A stretch of DNA of 64,000 nucleotides from Stegostoma tigrinum (taxonomy: Eukaryota): NCBI RefSeq assembly GCF_030684315.1, contig NC_081374.1, positions 30,850,630-30,914,629 of the forward strand, read 5' to 3'. Position 1 is the stretch's first letter. Each line of letters opens with the position of its first letter. This document shows, one piece after another, positions 51,537 to 64,000 of this stretch. The position numbers and the translations under genes are program-made. The notes beneath the pieces were generated by a model. It worked only from the letters and a program-made list of their open reading frames with translations. It made no database searches and was not told the origin of the DNA.

Positions 51537-51954
51537 AAACTAACCTTCCAGCTCAGCGAGCAAACTCACATCCAGAACCTCAACCTGAGCTACGAATCTT
51601 CTCAAAACTCACTAATAAAGCATTACTGAGAGAAACAATCAGAAAGTCCACGCTGTTATTACAAGCCCCTGGAACAGGTGGGACTTGAAAACAATCCTGA
51701 TCCTGAACTAAGTAATTCTAATGCTCAAGGAGGGTGACATCCTTGGCTATTGGTAAAACCCTCTCAGTGATGGGCAACCCACAGACACAGTGCTACCATC
51801 TGATTTTACAATCCTACCGTCTGTAAGCCTGCTCCTGGAGAGATTGTGATCAGCGAAATTCCACGCTACAGCACTTATCAGGAAAAATAAGTCCTGAGCC
51901 AAATGGGAACAATATTCAAAGGGAACCTCTCAAAAGATGACTGATTTTATGGTT

Positions 51955-52043
51955 GATAACAAGGTATACAGTTCGATGAACACAGCAGGCCAAGCAGCAT
52001 CATAGGAGCAGGAAAGCTGATGTTTCGGCCCTAGACCCTTCAG
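51955..52043 (-). mobile_element. Solo PLE pLTR fragment (tail-less), ending in the HHR core
   Basis: gataacaagg...gaaagctgatgtttcggccctagacccttcag. Confidence 0.8.
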
Positions 52044-52989
52044 TTGTTGTGTGATGCGTTTCAGAACATTCATCACGTTTGACTAACTGGCATCCTTTCT
52101 TTGACAGATTAATGTTAAGAATTAGTAATCCACACAAAAGACTTCATTATTTTCCGTGGGAATATAACCACAGGATAAACTGCAAATATTAGACATTTTA
52201 ACTTTCTTAGTGCATCTATATTGGTCATATTTCCCAGAACAAACAATAGCTGACTTACAAGGTGATAAAACTGACTGTTGCCAATTTAGCTTCATCCCCA
52301 ACAAATTTATAGTGGCTGGTTGCAATCCAATCCCAACGTGCCTTGGTGACTTCCTTAGTGCTGAATATCCACTTCTGTAAAAAAGAGTGGAAGGAGCAGG
52401 GGTTGTCACAGCTTGGATGAAAAAGACCTTACATTGAGAACAGAACTTCAACAGAATGAATGTCCAGTTGACATCACAAAGCATAAGAAAGAATAAGACA
52501 ATGTAGAAATATAGAGTATTTTTTCACTCTTTCCCAGTGATTCATGCATCTGCAACATGGTACAATTTAATAAATTTCATACAAGAGTCAGCATGTATCT
52601 CCAGCTTATAATTCTCCTTCTATAATGTAAACCAGTGAAATCACCAATACAAGTGAGTAGAGGCTGTGCAGACTCGTTAGGAGTCCGCAAGGAACTTCTC
52701 ACTCCATTCAGTGTATCCAATACTCGGTCGCTCTTAGTTTGCACCTGGCTTCATGTACCCGTTATCCACATCTCTTCTTGTGTAGCCATTGCTGCATAAA
52801 TGTTTCCCAAACCCAATCCATGCCCCTGTCCTGCTAACCACACAACTGGATTCTACAAAGTTTTTGCCACTTTGAGAGCCAAATATGGAGGATGGTATTA
52901 ACATTTAACTCATTGACCACTCCACCTTTAGAAAGGCCCCGTGAGGGATTGAGTGGTAGAACAAGAAAAAGAAGTGTTATCCCATCACT

Positions 52990-54480
52990 TGGACAGAATT
53001 GCGGTCAGAGCAGAATGGCCTGGGCAAAACCTAAACTGAGCATCAGTGATTGCTAAACAAGCGCTGCTTGATAACACTTTTGATGACACTTTTCTGCACT
53101 TTACTGGTGAAGGAGAATAGACACTTGGTATGGTAATTGGCTGGTTTAGATTTGTCCTGTTTTCTCTCTACAGGGCATTCCCACATTGCTAGTTAGATGC
53201 CAGTATTGTAGCTGTACTGGAACTGCAGATGAAGTGTACGTAAGCTCTGTACTATTGCTGGAATTTTGTCAGAGCCCATGGTCTTTGCATAAAATAGAGT
53301 CATAGAGATGTATAACTTGGAAATCGACCCTTTGGTTCAACTCATCCATGTCGACCAGATGTCCTCAATAAATCTATTCCCAATTGCCAGCATTTAGCCC
53401 ATATCCCTCTAAACCCATCCTCTTATGTACCTATCCAGATGCCTGTTAAATGTTGTAATTGTACAAGCCTCCACCAGTTCCTCTGACAGCTCATTCCACA
53501 CATGCACCATCTTCTGCATGAAAAAGTTTCCTCTTAGATGGGAACAAATAACATCCCAGAAACGTTAGGGAACCAAGGGTGGATTGAGAGGGTAGATTTG
53601 AAGGAAATCAGTATCAGCAATAAAACATTGCTGAGGAAATTACTGGAGTTCAAGGATGCCAAACCACCATGGCCTGATAATCTACATTTCTGACTTCCTA
53701 AAGGAAGTCATCCTGGAAATATTCGATAATTCAGCGGTCACCTTCCAAAATTCCAAAATTCCCTGGACTTTGAAGTAATCTGTACTATTAAAATCCTAGA
53801 GAGACAAAAAAGACAAAGAATTATAAACCAATACCAATTCAGTAGTGGGGAAAATGCTAGGGTATGTTATACAATGCACGGTAACAGAACATTTGAAATG
53901 CATTAATGGGGTTTTTAAATGCTTTGATTAGGTCTCTCCTAAGAGGTTAGTGAACAAAGTTAAAGCACATGGAGTAGAGGTTAATATATTGTTTAATATT
54001 GTTTGAGCATGATTTAAATGCTGATATTTTAAGAATAGTAGACGTACAAGGGATGTGGATATTCTTGTACAGCAGTGAATGGGAGTGAACAGGTAGGCAG
54101 CAAGCAATTGGAAAGGCAATTGTATATTGGTCTTTATTGAAAGAGAATTTGAATTCAGAAGTAAGAATGCCCTACTGCAGATATAAAAACAGGTTCAAGA
54201 TAAGGGAAAGACTACTTAGGACTAGAATATGTCCTGATTCAAAATCTAGTGAACCTGTGTAATTCTCTGCCAGAGAAGGCCATGGAGGCCAAGACAATGA
54301 ATATATTTTTTAAAAATTGTTAAATTTTTAAATTCTAGAAGAATCCAGGAGAAAGCAGGAATATGGCATTGAGGGTAAAGGTTTGGCCATGATTGTATGG
54401 AATGGCAACACAAGCTTGAAGGGCCAAATCAGGCTCAAAGGTCCAGATAGCCAACTCCTGGTCCTAGTTTCTATGTTTCT
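52990..54480. mobile_element. Cluster of CR1-group relics (minus ~52990-53290 and ~53295-53535; plus ~53540-54480)
   Basis: CR1 tails (agagtcatagagatgta..; tcctagtttctatgtttct) and RT-like fragments. Confidence 0.7.
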
Positions 54481-57289
54481 CACCAGCTCTGAGGAGAAGA
54501 CGGCCACCTCACAGGTAAGTAAACAGAGTGTGAATGTGCTAAAAGTGAGATTGGGTATGAGCACTGATCTGGTCAAAAATCATCCAAACAACTACCACCA
54601 TCTAACTATCAAGCAGCAATGTGTTATACCCTGGGAAAGAGTGGCACCTCACATATTAACAAATCTTTATGTTTTTCTAGGAACTGATTGACAGGGGATG
54701 TTTCAACCCCAGTAATGTGAGTATTTGAGCAGCATAATGTCTTGTTTATAAAGGTCCCAATTAATGGAGGAAGTCTGTACTCACTGAAGTGTGGAGGAAG
54801 TAGTGTATACCGACCAGGTACATACCTCATGCATGTCTATATTTAGGTTTGGGTTTCCCATTTTCAGTTACCAAAATTGCATCAGTGAATATAATTCCAG
54901 CAGGGTGGTGTGCTAATATATATTTGCAACATGCTAATGGATACAAACGAGGTTTAAGATCAGAAAGGTCATCCTGCCTGAAATGTTCCGTGTGCTTAAT
55001 AGCAAAATGTTAACTCACTGATGGAAACTAAATTTTTACCTCCTACCCAATTCATTGCCCTCCCTAACCTTTTAAAAGCTCTAGATAGGCCTTGAAACTT
55101 AACCCCATATCTTCAACCTTTCTGCATGAAATAAGGAGGGAGCATTAAGCAGCCTTCAGGATTTCACAGCCATTTAGAACACATTGAACATAGAACAGGT
55201 CAGCACAGGAACGGGTAATTTGGGTCATGATGTCTGTGCTGAACATGAATTTGTTTAATCAATTTTTGGCCTGTGACAATGGAAGGACTTTTCCCGCTTA
55301 ATCTTCTCATGTTTATTTCAAAGCTCATGAAGTAAGCTGGAGCTGTTACTCTATTCTCCCCATCTGTTCTCAGGCTAAGAACTCTAATGACCTGATGATG
55401 AGATTGATGCTGGTGGTTCCTTTTGTGAGTGTCTCTGTTATTGGCATATTGGGAGTACAGTGCAAATTAGCACTGTTCCAAGACACTACTTGTGTGAGAA
55501 AAAGTGAAATGTACTTGGGCTTCCTAACAATGTTCTGACTACCTTCCATGGTCATATGCATAGAGGAAATGGCATCAATATTTTGCCAACATGTTCTTTT
55601 GAAAAAGTTTTGATTAACCTCTGCATGGCTTTACAAATTGGGGGCACATTAACCAGGTGATACTCTTGTCTGCCCTATGTCAGGTGGTACCCCATGAACC
55701 ATCACCACTGTTACTGCTCAATACTTCCTTTTCACAATTTCTATTTCCTTTTTTGTAATTAGCATATTTGTTTTGGTACTTTCTCATAGTCCAGGTGCTG
55801 ACACTTAGTGATCAAATGAGAATTTCCAAAGTTGTCAAAGTCGGTACGGAGACTGTTAGGATTGGGGGAGTATACAAAGTTACTGGTATGTTACCATTCA
55901 TAGTTCAACATTTGCTTGATAAAGCCACTGATCTATGCATTATGTACATAGACGCTACATGTAATAATGATAAAATTATAGCATTTTTTAAAAAATCATC
56001 ATATTGTCATCATATAGGAAGAGAAACTCAATTACAGATAGGACATTCAGACACACAATCAATTCAGTACACAATAAATCTGCTGAGTACTGTGGAGATA
56101 GAATGAATCATAGTCGTTGGCTATGATTGTCCTCTTCACCTTTGATAGTGGATTTGTGACTTCGCGTACTGCTGAAGTTCTTAGCCCTCCATCTTCTTTC
56201 AAACTTGTTATGACAAAATTTGCAGAGAAGAAAACAAGAATCTAAAAGGAGAAGATGATAAGATTAGTTTTTTGTAACCACTCACTTTACTGAGACAGGC
56301 TATTGTGAAAATCTTACCTGTAATGGGACTTCAATTTAAAACACCTGAACACAACTGTAATCATGAAATATTCTATTATTTAATAAATTCAGATATTCAT
56401 TTAAATAAAATTATTCATGCGATATCTCGAGATGAGCTACATCTTCAAATTATTGGATTAATATAGTCCTAAAGAGATAATGCAAAACATTGCAGTTGCT
56501 GGTAAAATACGCAGCATTCACAACATAATTTTCTGATACCATTCACTGAAAATTGAATTATCTGAGCTCTAAAGTCAAAGATATTTGTCATCATTGAATA
56601 AAGAAATCAGCATGAAATGGCCACAAGTTTCCTAAATTCACTAAGCAATTCTTGTATTTCTGTATGCACCACTAAATCTTGGAACACCACAAATTAAACT
56701 TATGACAGATGAGGCTATTTAGTCACAATCACATTATCTCCCTGACTCACTGATCTATTAAAATGTTTTTCAAATTGCCCTCATTTTAGTTTTATAAATG
56801 CAATTCCAAAAATAGATATTAAAACCAAAAGCCCAAACCAATCCACCCCTTAAAAAATACTGTCCAGTAAACAAATAAAGAACCACTTGATTAAATAAAA
56901 TGTATACATTTCCAAGCTGTCCCAAACACTTCACTAGCATTCAGGCAGGGAAATTACACATCAAGACAGTGGTACTGTTGTAAAGTTCACCTCCATCTGT
57001 TACAATCTAGCAGAGATGTCACCATGTTTCTTTTGGTTTCCAATCCACCAGAACTCATGACAGCAATTAATTAAGGGGTTGGCATTGATGCTACTTAACT
57101 TGAGTATTCAAGTATTTACACGAACATGTAGCATATTAAATAAAAATAGTATTTGTTAATTGGAAATTAATAAAAAGCCTTTGATGACAAAAGACAACCT
57201 TCATCCACCGTTACTTTGGTCCCAATAATCTAGTAACTAATGGTAAAGTTCATATAGTCTTATCAAATATTGTGCTGCTCTCTAATGTG

Positions 57290-57470
57290 TGAGAGAGAGA
57301 GCAAAAACACTACTGGTGGTTTAAACTGAGGTTCACTACACTTGAGGTGAGGGGGGAAGATCGAAAAGAAGTATCTTTTCATGGTAACCTCAGCCAGTGT
57401 AGAAATTCAATCCTTACTATTAGCATCATTCTACATTATAAACCATCCATCCAAGCTAACCAACTGCTAC
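57290..57470 (-). mobile_element. SINE family C
   Basis: Reverse complement similar to 48625-48820. Confidence 0.55.
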
Positions 57471-57531
57471 CTAGTTACTAATGAATATTTGTAAGCATAA
57501 TCACTTTTTAAAACAGGTAGAGGATGGGAGA

Positions 57532-57738
57532 TGAAATGATGCACAGCGGTTGGTATCCTCTCACCAAGTCACCCATTAGGTACATGTGTACAGTACACTG
57601 GCTTGATCAGCCAGCCCAGAGTCAGTTCCTGAAGTCAGTAAATTCTCTGAAGCCCCTGTTTATATCTGTCAGCCAGGTTAACAATCTCAGTCAAGGATCT
57701 CATAGGCAATAACATCCACCTAGTTATAATCTCTCCAG
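57532..57738 (-). mobile_element. Solo LTR, same family as 40090-40289
   Basis: Reverse complement shares tatgag(a/t)tcc(c/t)tga, gttaa(c/t)ctgg(c/t)tgacag and ggtga(c/t)ttggtga..ggata; ends TTTCA. Confidence 0.6.
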
Positions 57739-60231
57739 GGGAGAATTGAAATTCCTGAAACATAAGAAAAAGACGGACCCGAATTTACATATGTTCCAGG
57801 TTTTATCAGGTCCTGCCCGATAATGATTGAGAAAAAAAATCAATTTAAATTGGGAGTAGGAACTTTTCATGTTTGTCCCAACCAGTAAGTCCAAACTTAT
57901 TTACACAATTGCCTTGGTGTTAGTCAATGATTATTTTTAAAATAAAGCTGTTTCCTTCAATTGTGTTAGTGAGATTTATATACACAGCAGTAAATTCTAA
58001 AAAATTGGTTAATATATTTCAACTGTCTCAGATTTAAGTAGCAAGGATGTTGTGTGTCTTTGTTTGACATTCTACATATTCCATTTTTATCCAAACAATT
58101 TATGGCAATGAATGTTGCTAATACTAGCATATAATGAGATTCTTTTTTTTAGAAAAGTTTTACATTGCTATCCTCCATTTTTCTTTGAAGTGTATTTCAT
58201 TGCTTGAATTCCACTGCTTCATGCTGTGTAAGGAGTACTTACCATAGATCCTGATGTTATCAACCTACATCTCTGCACCACAGATTTATGTGATTATTTT
58301 CAGTCTTATTATTAGCGTACACAATTAAATAAGACTCTTGAGTTGGTTTTGTTTTAAGTCATTGTTGCCTTGTACGTGTGGAAGCTTTACTTCACAGTTA
58401 ACTGAAAAGCATTGGTATGTCAATATCATCTCATGTCATTATCAACTCTGTTGTGCAGATTGGTGCTTGGTATCATGTCCAAACATACTATAAGGCAGAC
58501 AGCAAAGACAGATGATGGTGTAACTGGCTGCAATTGGATGATTTGGCTATAATGTACTGAGAAATCAGACCAGAACCTGATTGCTGATTACGCGCCTTTA
58601 AATTGGTCAATAGCCCAGAAAATTTCAAATCAATACAAAACGTACCATTACGTTATATGAACTCATGTGCCTCATAAATCCCAAAGTTTCAAGGACAAAT
58701 CTTGACTTGAAACCACAAAGTTTGTTATCAAAATTGTAGTCCTTTTCTATTTTTAGGATAAACTATTCAATTAGATGTCAAAAGTTGGATGGATAATGTC
58801 GATTTGCGCTCAGGTTAAGTCCATCTGTGACACAGTATAATGAGTTTTAATTCTAGCATTATAAATTCGGCAAAGGTAAAAAAAAATGACATTCTTAAAG
58901 CATTGAATAGCTCACAATATTATAGTTTAAAATCTCAATATTGTTGATTGGTCTTTTTGTTGTTATTTCAAAGATACATTTTAAAATGCATTTTCAATAT
59001 CGAGCCAAATTTTGTGGCCAACAAAATAGGGAGGCTAAAGCAAGAGACCAAATTACTGTCTAATGTTGAATAAAGAACTAGAAATGGTTAAGACTGAAAC
59101 ACCAAGTCGTTATAGTGTGAAGTTTGCACTAGCTTCTATTCAATGTTTCCAGTACAATTTTTATCTATAATCAGCCAAGCATGAGCAGCAGAAAAGATCG
59201 TAGAATTGTTCATGTAGAAATTGGGCTTTCACAATCCATAAGATTGGCTTTAAAGTAAATCATTCTGATCCTAGCCCCACCCCAAATATTGGAAATGGCC
59301 TCAAATTAAATCAAATTGATAAGCGTGGCAAGTTTTCACTGTTTGCAATTGTTTGCAGTGACTGAAGGGATGCTTTCATGTCAAGAAGGGCACCAGCAAT
59401 TATACTCTAAAGTCTATAAGATATATGAAAATGTTACTTTTAAATTCATTTATAGGGTCTGGTTACTGTCCGTCATTAGCTGCTCTTGGGAAGAGCTATT
59501 TTCTTGACAACTGACTGGCTTGCTGTGCCACTCCAGGGGGAAGTTAGGAGTCAATTATTTCCATGGGTGGAATCTTGCCATCTACTGGACGACATGAGTA
59601 TTGAGAAAGTTTAGAGAATCACATGAGATCAGCGGTAAGGGGTTTGCTGGTGCCAAGAGGTAACAGTCCCATTTTCGAACTAAGTGTTAAACGCAAGACA
59701 AGATTCTCACCAGTAGTGCTGAGAGGTGTATCGCAGGCATTAACATCCTCATTACAACGTAATTTTGACTTACTAATATGCAGTTTTCCATTCTTCCATC
59801 CTTTGGATAGAAACTAAAAGTCAATAATTCTTGACAGGAGAGTAAGAGCAATAATCTGGTGAGTGAGCGAATGCATTGAATGGGGTTCCAAAATCATGCT
59901 GCATGAACAAGTTTGTAAAGACCATGAGAAAACTTGTGAGGCTCATAAAGAGAAACCCTCTGTGAAAAACTTAGATCAGATTGGTCAAAGATGGCAGATT
60001 TCCTTTCCCAAAGGATAGTAGACATTTATTAGAAACTGACTAATGTTCATAACTGTAATTTATCTCTTCAAAGTTATGTTCAGCAACTTAAAACCAGGTT
60101 ATTGATAGTTGATGGACTAAATAATTGATTTTAAAATGTTTTTATTTGTAATAAACCAATTTTCAGTATGCTAGTAAAAGTGAATATATTCAATGACTCA
60201 TTCTCCATGACTTTGTCAGAAAATAGTTTCT

Positions 60232-60392
60232 TCACACAATCCAAAGATGCGCAGGCTAGGTGGATTGGCCATGCTTAAATTGCCCACAGTGTTTGGGGAT
60301 GGGTCTGGGTGGGATACTCTGAGAGTCAGTGTGGACTTGTTGGGCCAAAGAGCCTGTTTCCATACTGTAGGGATTCTATGATTTTATGATTG
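60232..60392 (+). mobile_element. HE1-like SINE 3' half
   Basis: ccaaagatgcgcaggctagg...ctgtagggattctatgatt. Confidence 0.8.
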
Positions 60393-61219
60393 AAAACTGC
60401 AGCACATTACCACACTTAAATATTTCAAGAATTTCTTTTAAAATCAAGACAAAGGTCAGTTATAATCTAATAAAATGCAATTGTGCTGGCTCACAGATTT
60501 GATAGCTGTGATTATGAAGATAATTTTGAGGAAATGTATGTTATTTTAAATGCTACTTTTAGAAAGATTGCTAATTAAGCATCCACAGCTGAACTCCATT
60601 CCAACATTTTTGATTCCAATGTCAATCTGAAGTGATACATATTCACAAGATACATCGGAGGTCCTGTAGCTAGCAGTTGAAATTCAAAGGGCCATTGAAT
60701 AGTACAGCATAAGAGATGATCATTCAGACCATGGCTCTTCCAGCTCTTTGAAGGAGCTAGCCAACTAGTTGAATTCCTCTGTCCTTTTACCTGAAATGCC
60801 ACAATTGTTTTCACTTCAAATATTTATTCAATTTCCTTTTTAAAATGTTTTTTTAAATCTGTTATAAATGCAAGGTTTTATAAGATTGTTGTGTTTTGGG
60901 ACTATGACCAAACATTTAATTTTAAAATTTTTGTATGGCATTGAATGTGTTGAATGGCGTCAAATACAAACTGCTCCAGTGGAGTTATCTTAAGCGATTT
61001 CCATGATTTGCAGCTCATTATCTATGCAAGTAAGATGTTACAGATCTTGCTTGGAGAATCATATGGTGGGTGAACTGAAAGACCTAATAACAGACTGGAC
61101 TTTCTAGGGTTGGAGCTTCTGACACCACATTATATACTGGACAAATCATCACTTGCTACAAACCAGGAGCTTCTCCTCACCCTGTGGTTGCCAACTGTAC
61201 GATCCCAGAGATATCTCCT

Positions 61220-61885
61220 AGGAAGTTGAAGCTGTCTCCCAATTTCACCAATGGTGCCCTCCAGATGCTGCTAAACAGAGTGACAACAGAAAGAGCATCC
61301 TTCTCTGGAGCTATCTGATCAGAGCTATCCAGCATGGACCAAGATCACAGTATCGTCAGTAGCACTGGCCTGCACCAAAAAAACTGGAATTCAATGCATG
61401 GAAAACATCAGTGATCTCTGTGCAGCATGAAGGTACATGCCACTGTCTTCTCTCCATCATTTTGTACTCACAGGGCTATCAATCACTTTAACACTGCCGT
61501 TATACAGGTACCTCTCAAAGCCTTATAGCTTATTGGCCTCAGCATTTAATGCTTGACATACACTCAAAGGCTCAAACTCACCTCATTCCTAAACTACTAA
61601 CCCTTCTTGCCCTCTTGACTTCCAACATACTTACCAGGCAGCCCTCATCACCTGACATGGTAATGCCTGTTCACTTACTGTTGCTGCACACATTTTCATT
61701 ACATTGAACCCTTCTCTTTATCTCAATGCAGAGAAACTGGCACATAACAGGCTGAGAAGACCAAGATTGGTGGCATCTTTATCAAATATTAAGGTTCTGA
61801 CCCCCTTGGAGGAAAGGGCCTTTGAGCAGGCCCGGGAAGACCAAGCCTATTCCTATGGGAATGGGGAAACATCAATGGGTCGGTA
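61220..61885 (+). pseudogene. Decayed two-exon Myb/SANT-like gene (NAIF1/MSANTD type) of a PIF/Harbinger transposon
   Basis: SPNFTNGALQMLLNRV..., AWTKI...KKTGIQC.ENISDL; GT at 61433, polypyrimidine tract and AG at 61730-61731; then EKLAHNR..KIGG..NIKVLTPLEERA; contains stops and frameshifts. Confidence 0.6.
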
Positions 61886-62254
61886 GCCCATTGAGCAACA
61901 TTGTATTCTGCTCCTCTTAGATTATCCTGAAGGCTCTGATTTAGCTCTTCTGTATCATCAATGAGTAATTCCTTCTGTTCTCCATACACTAACACTATGC
62001 AGAACAATGCACGGCAACACAGGCTGCAGCCTAGGCCCCTCTGCACCAATGTAACACATGAGATCGAAGACCGCAAACCATCGGAGGATGAATGGGTTTG
62101 CCCATATTCTCAACTTGCATAGTGATAATTATCTGGTGGGTACCTTTGCCAGAGTAGGCACGAGGACACAATCTGGTTGGGAAGCAGGGCAAGAAGAAAT
62201 GCTTAGTACCTCTGACACTCAGAGGTCTGTCAGGAACAAGATACCTACACTACA

Positions 62255-62398
62255 GGGAGGCAATGGCCTATTGGTATTATCACTGGACTGTTAATCCAGA
62301 GACTCAGATAATGTTCTGGGGACCCAGGTTTGAATCCCACCTTGGCAGATGGAAAAATTTGAATTCAATAAATATCTGGAACTAAGAATCTAATAATG
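62255..62398 (+). mobile_element. SINE family B 5' half
   Basis: gggaggcaatggcctattggtattatcactggactgttaatccagag..ggtttgaatccc. Confidence 0.7.
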
Positions 62399-62479
62399 GC
62401 TGACACTGATGTAGTGCTAATTATTTAGAAAGAAAATGTCACAGAGGCAGAATCCACAATGGCACAAAGTTTGAGATAG

Positions 62480-62870
62480 CCGAACAGGTGAACAAAAAAT
62501 TGACAAGAGTGGACTTTCGGGAAGCAGAGAAATGAAGAGTTCATGAGGAGAAGTGGAAAGCAGAATTAGGTTAGAGATAGGGAGAAACAAGGCCACCAAA
62601 GCATTTCAACATAAACTTGTGATTTTTACTCTTAAAGCATTTGGGGACTTGAAACCAATAAAGGTCAGTGATGAACAATGCTTGGTGTGTCGGCTTAGGT
62701 TACTTACAGTCGGATGTTGAACGATCTGATCTTTAAAAGTAGGAAGAGGGTGAGAATGAGGAGGAATAGGAGGATGTGCAAGAAAATGTTAGAACAATCA
62801 ACTCTGGAGCTGTCAATAGTATGGATGAATATTGGAATGGTAGATGCACTGAGGTAGGAGTAAGGATGAC
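62480..62870 (-). mobile_element. Old L2-type LINE relic
   Basis: Reverse frame IHTIDSSRVDCSNIFL resembles the L2 motif IHAFVTSRLDYCNSLL. Confidence 0.45.
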
Positions 62871-64000
62871 CATTCAAATAAGAAAGAAGAGGAGGATGGG
62901 AGTACATCATTAGGGGTCCCCTCTGGAGTGACTCTCCAGTAAATGTAATGGTAAAGGATGAAACAGGAGAAAAATATTTATAATAATTTATTCAGAGATA
63001 AGCATGATAAACATGCACCTCCTCAATTACAAACTCGATTGCCAAAGGAAATTCCTAGTCAGTACTCACTACCTATATCCAATTAAATGCAGGGAATATA
63101 CAACTAACAGCTGGTGTGATGATGCAGGATTAGTGTACAAGTCATTGCTGAAGATGCTTTGGCAATGTTCATTCAGATAAGAACAGAATCAAGTGGGAGT
63201 AAAGCCGCTGAGCTGAACAGTGGAGAAGTGCAAGAAAAATGATGTGGTCAGTCATTGTCAGATGCAACATCAAGGTTTGTAAAGCATGAGCAGGAATAAC
63301 ACAACACAGTTATAAGAATATGAGGTATAATTTGTGACTTAGACTCACGGTGACAGTGAAACAGGAAGACTTGTAGGAAATATAGGGAAGATTTGGGAAG
63401 GGCTAATGCATTTAAGGATGCTAAAACACAGATGGAGGTTGAACATCGGAGCAGGTAGCTCACAGGAACATTGGTATCATGTGGAGAATTCTTCAGAGTA
63501 GGAATATAAAGGTGGTGATTTTGAAAGGGCTGTACACAGCATCTGTGAAAATACAGCCATTTTTTGAAAAGTTGGTTCAAATGAGGGCAAGTAAAGAGGT
63601 CCAACGAGCAAGAAGTAGCATACGTGCAAGGTGCATCTGGAAGTGAATCAATGATTCAAGTATCTGATGATTTTTCTGACTTTGTTGTTTACAATAACAT
63701 ATAAAATTGGTTGAGTAAGATGTGTTTGTAATAATAAATATATATCACATATTGTAAAATAAATGTGAAAAATAATGCAAAATAGAGCATTCTATCATCA
63801 TGGCATAATTCTATGATAAAAGAGATTGCTATTCAGTTATAATGTTTTGATTACTTTGTTTATTTGTTCATTTTCACCAAAGATGGGCTGTTGGCATGAT
63901 CTTGCTTCTTCCCTGGCTTTCTTCCCCAGTCCCCATCTCAATGTTATCCACACTCACATGTTTTTCTTTCTTCCTCCTGTGTTTTTGTCTTCAATTTCTG

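Larger units (their letters stand above)
49488..51611. mobile_element. Young Poseidon-type PLE fold-back (minus arm 49488-~50555, plus arm ~50555-51611)
   Basis: LPFLDV, YRKTTHTD, NHP..HK, VIYKILCKNCDKHYIGQTGR; 13-bp TSD CTAATAAAGCATT at 49475-49487 and 51612-51624; ~34-nt tail on the right only. Confidence 0.93.
49280..52960 (-). pseudogene. Candidate decayed retroviral/Gypsy env-like glycoprotein gene, split by PLE insertions
   Basis: Manual translation with stops and frameshifts gives, in order, a Gly-rich hydrophobic peptide (VVWLAGQGHGLGLGNI), a heptad-like segment, a Cys-rich block (ORF 52122-52484), NYLVQDQDCFQVPPVPG and a hydrophobic end; similarity judged by eye only. Confidence 0.35.

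Noticed and set aside
56100-56345. Possible minus-strand micro-exon, 76-nt intron and exon (CAG/GTAAGA at ~56317, acceptor at 56242)
   Set aside because: No spliced open frame and no recognisable protein; unsupported without RNA data.
57565-57755. Apparent minus-strand exon with a good acceptor (tctttttcttatgtttcag) and a GTGAGA donor
   Set aside because: Stops in all three frames, and most of it is the solo LTR homologous to 40090-40289.
1-64000. CRISPR arrays, rRNA genes, operons or an intact host protein-coding gene
   Set aside because: No regular repeat-spacer array or rRNA sequence; all recognisable ORFs are transposon-derived. Small host exons cannot be excluded.

Overview
AT-rich, repeat-dense vertebrate genomic DNA with no recognisable intact host gene (intergenic or inside a large intron). 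The repeat set (HE1-like V-SINEs, HER1-like CR1 LINEs, L2 relics, Gypsy relics) points to an elasmobranch, probably a carpet shark (inference). The window is dominated by Penelope-like retroelements (PLEs) of at least 3-4 families: Neptune-type with a Cys-rich linker, Poseidon-type, and older families. Their pseudo-LTRs carry minimal hammerhead ribozyme (HHR) motifs. Most PLE insertions are fold-backs with both 3' ends facing outward, 11-16 bp target-site duplications (TSDs) and a ~35-nt tail on one arm only. They range from a 3.3-kb palindrome to 140-200-bp hairpins whose pivot lies at or near the HHR cleavage site, down to a 55-nt tail-only insert. Also present: a 372-bp tandem duplication, a decayed intron-containing Harbinger-type Myb/SANT gene, and a candidate decayed retroviral/Gypsy env. 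Nearly all listed ORFs are transposon-derived or spurious. Coordinates of old repeats are approximate and no searches were run.
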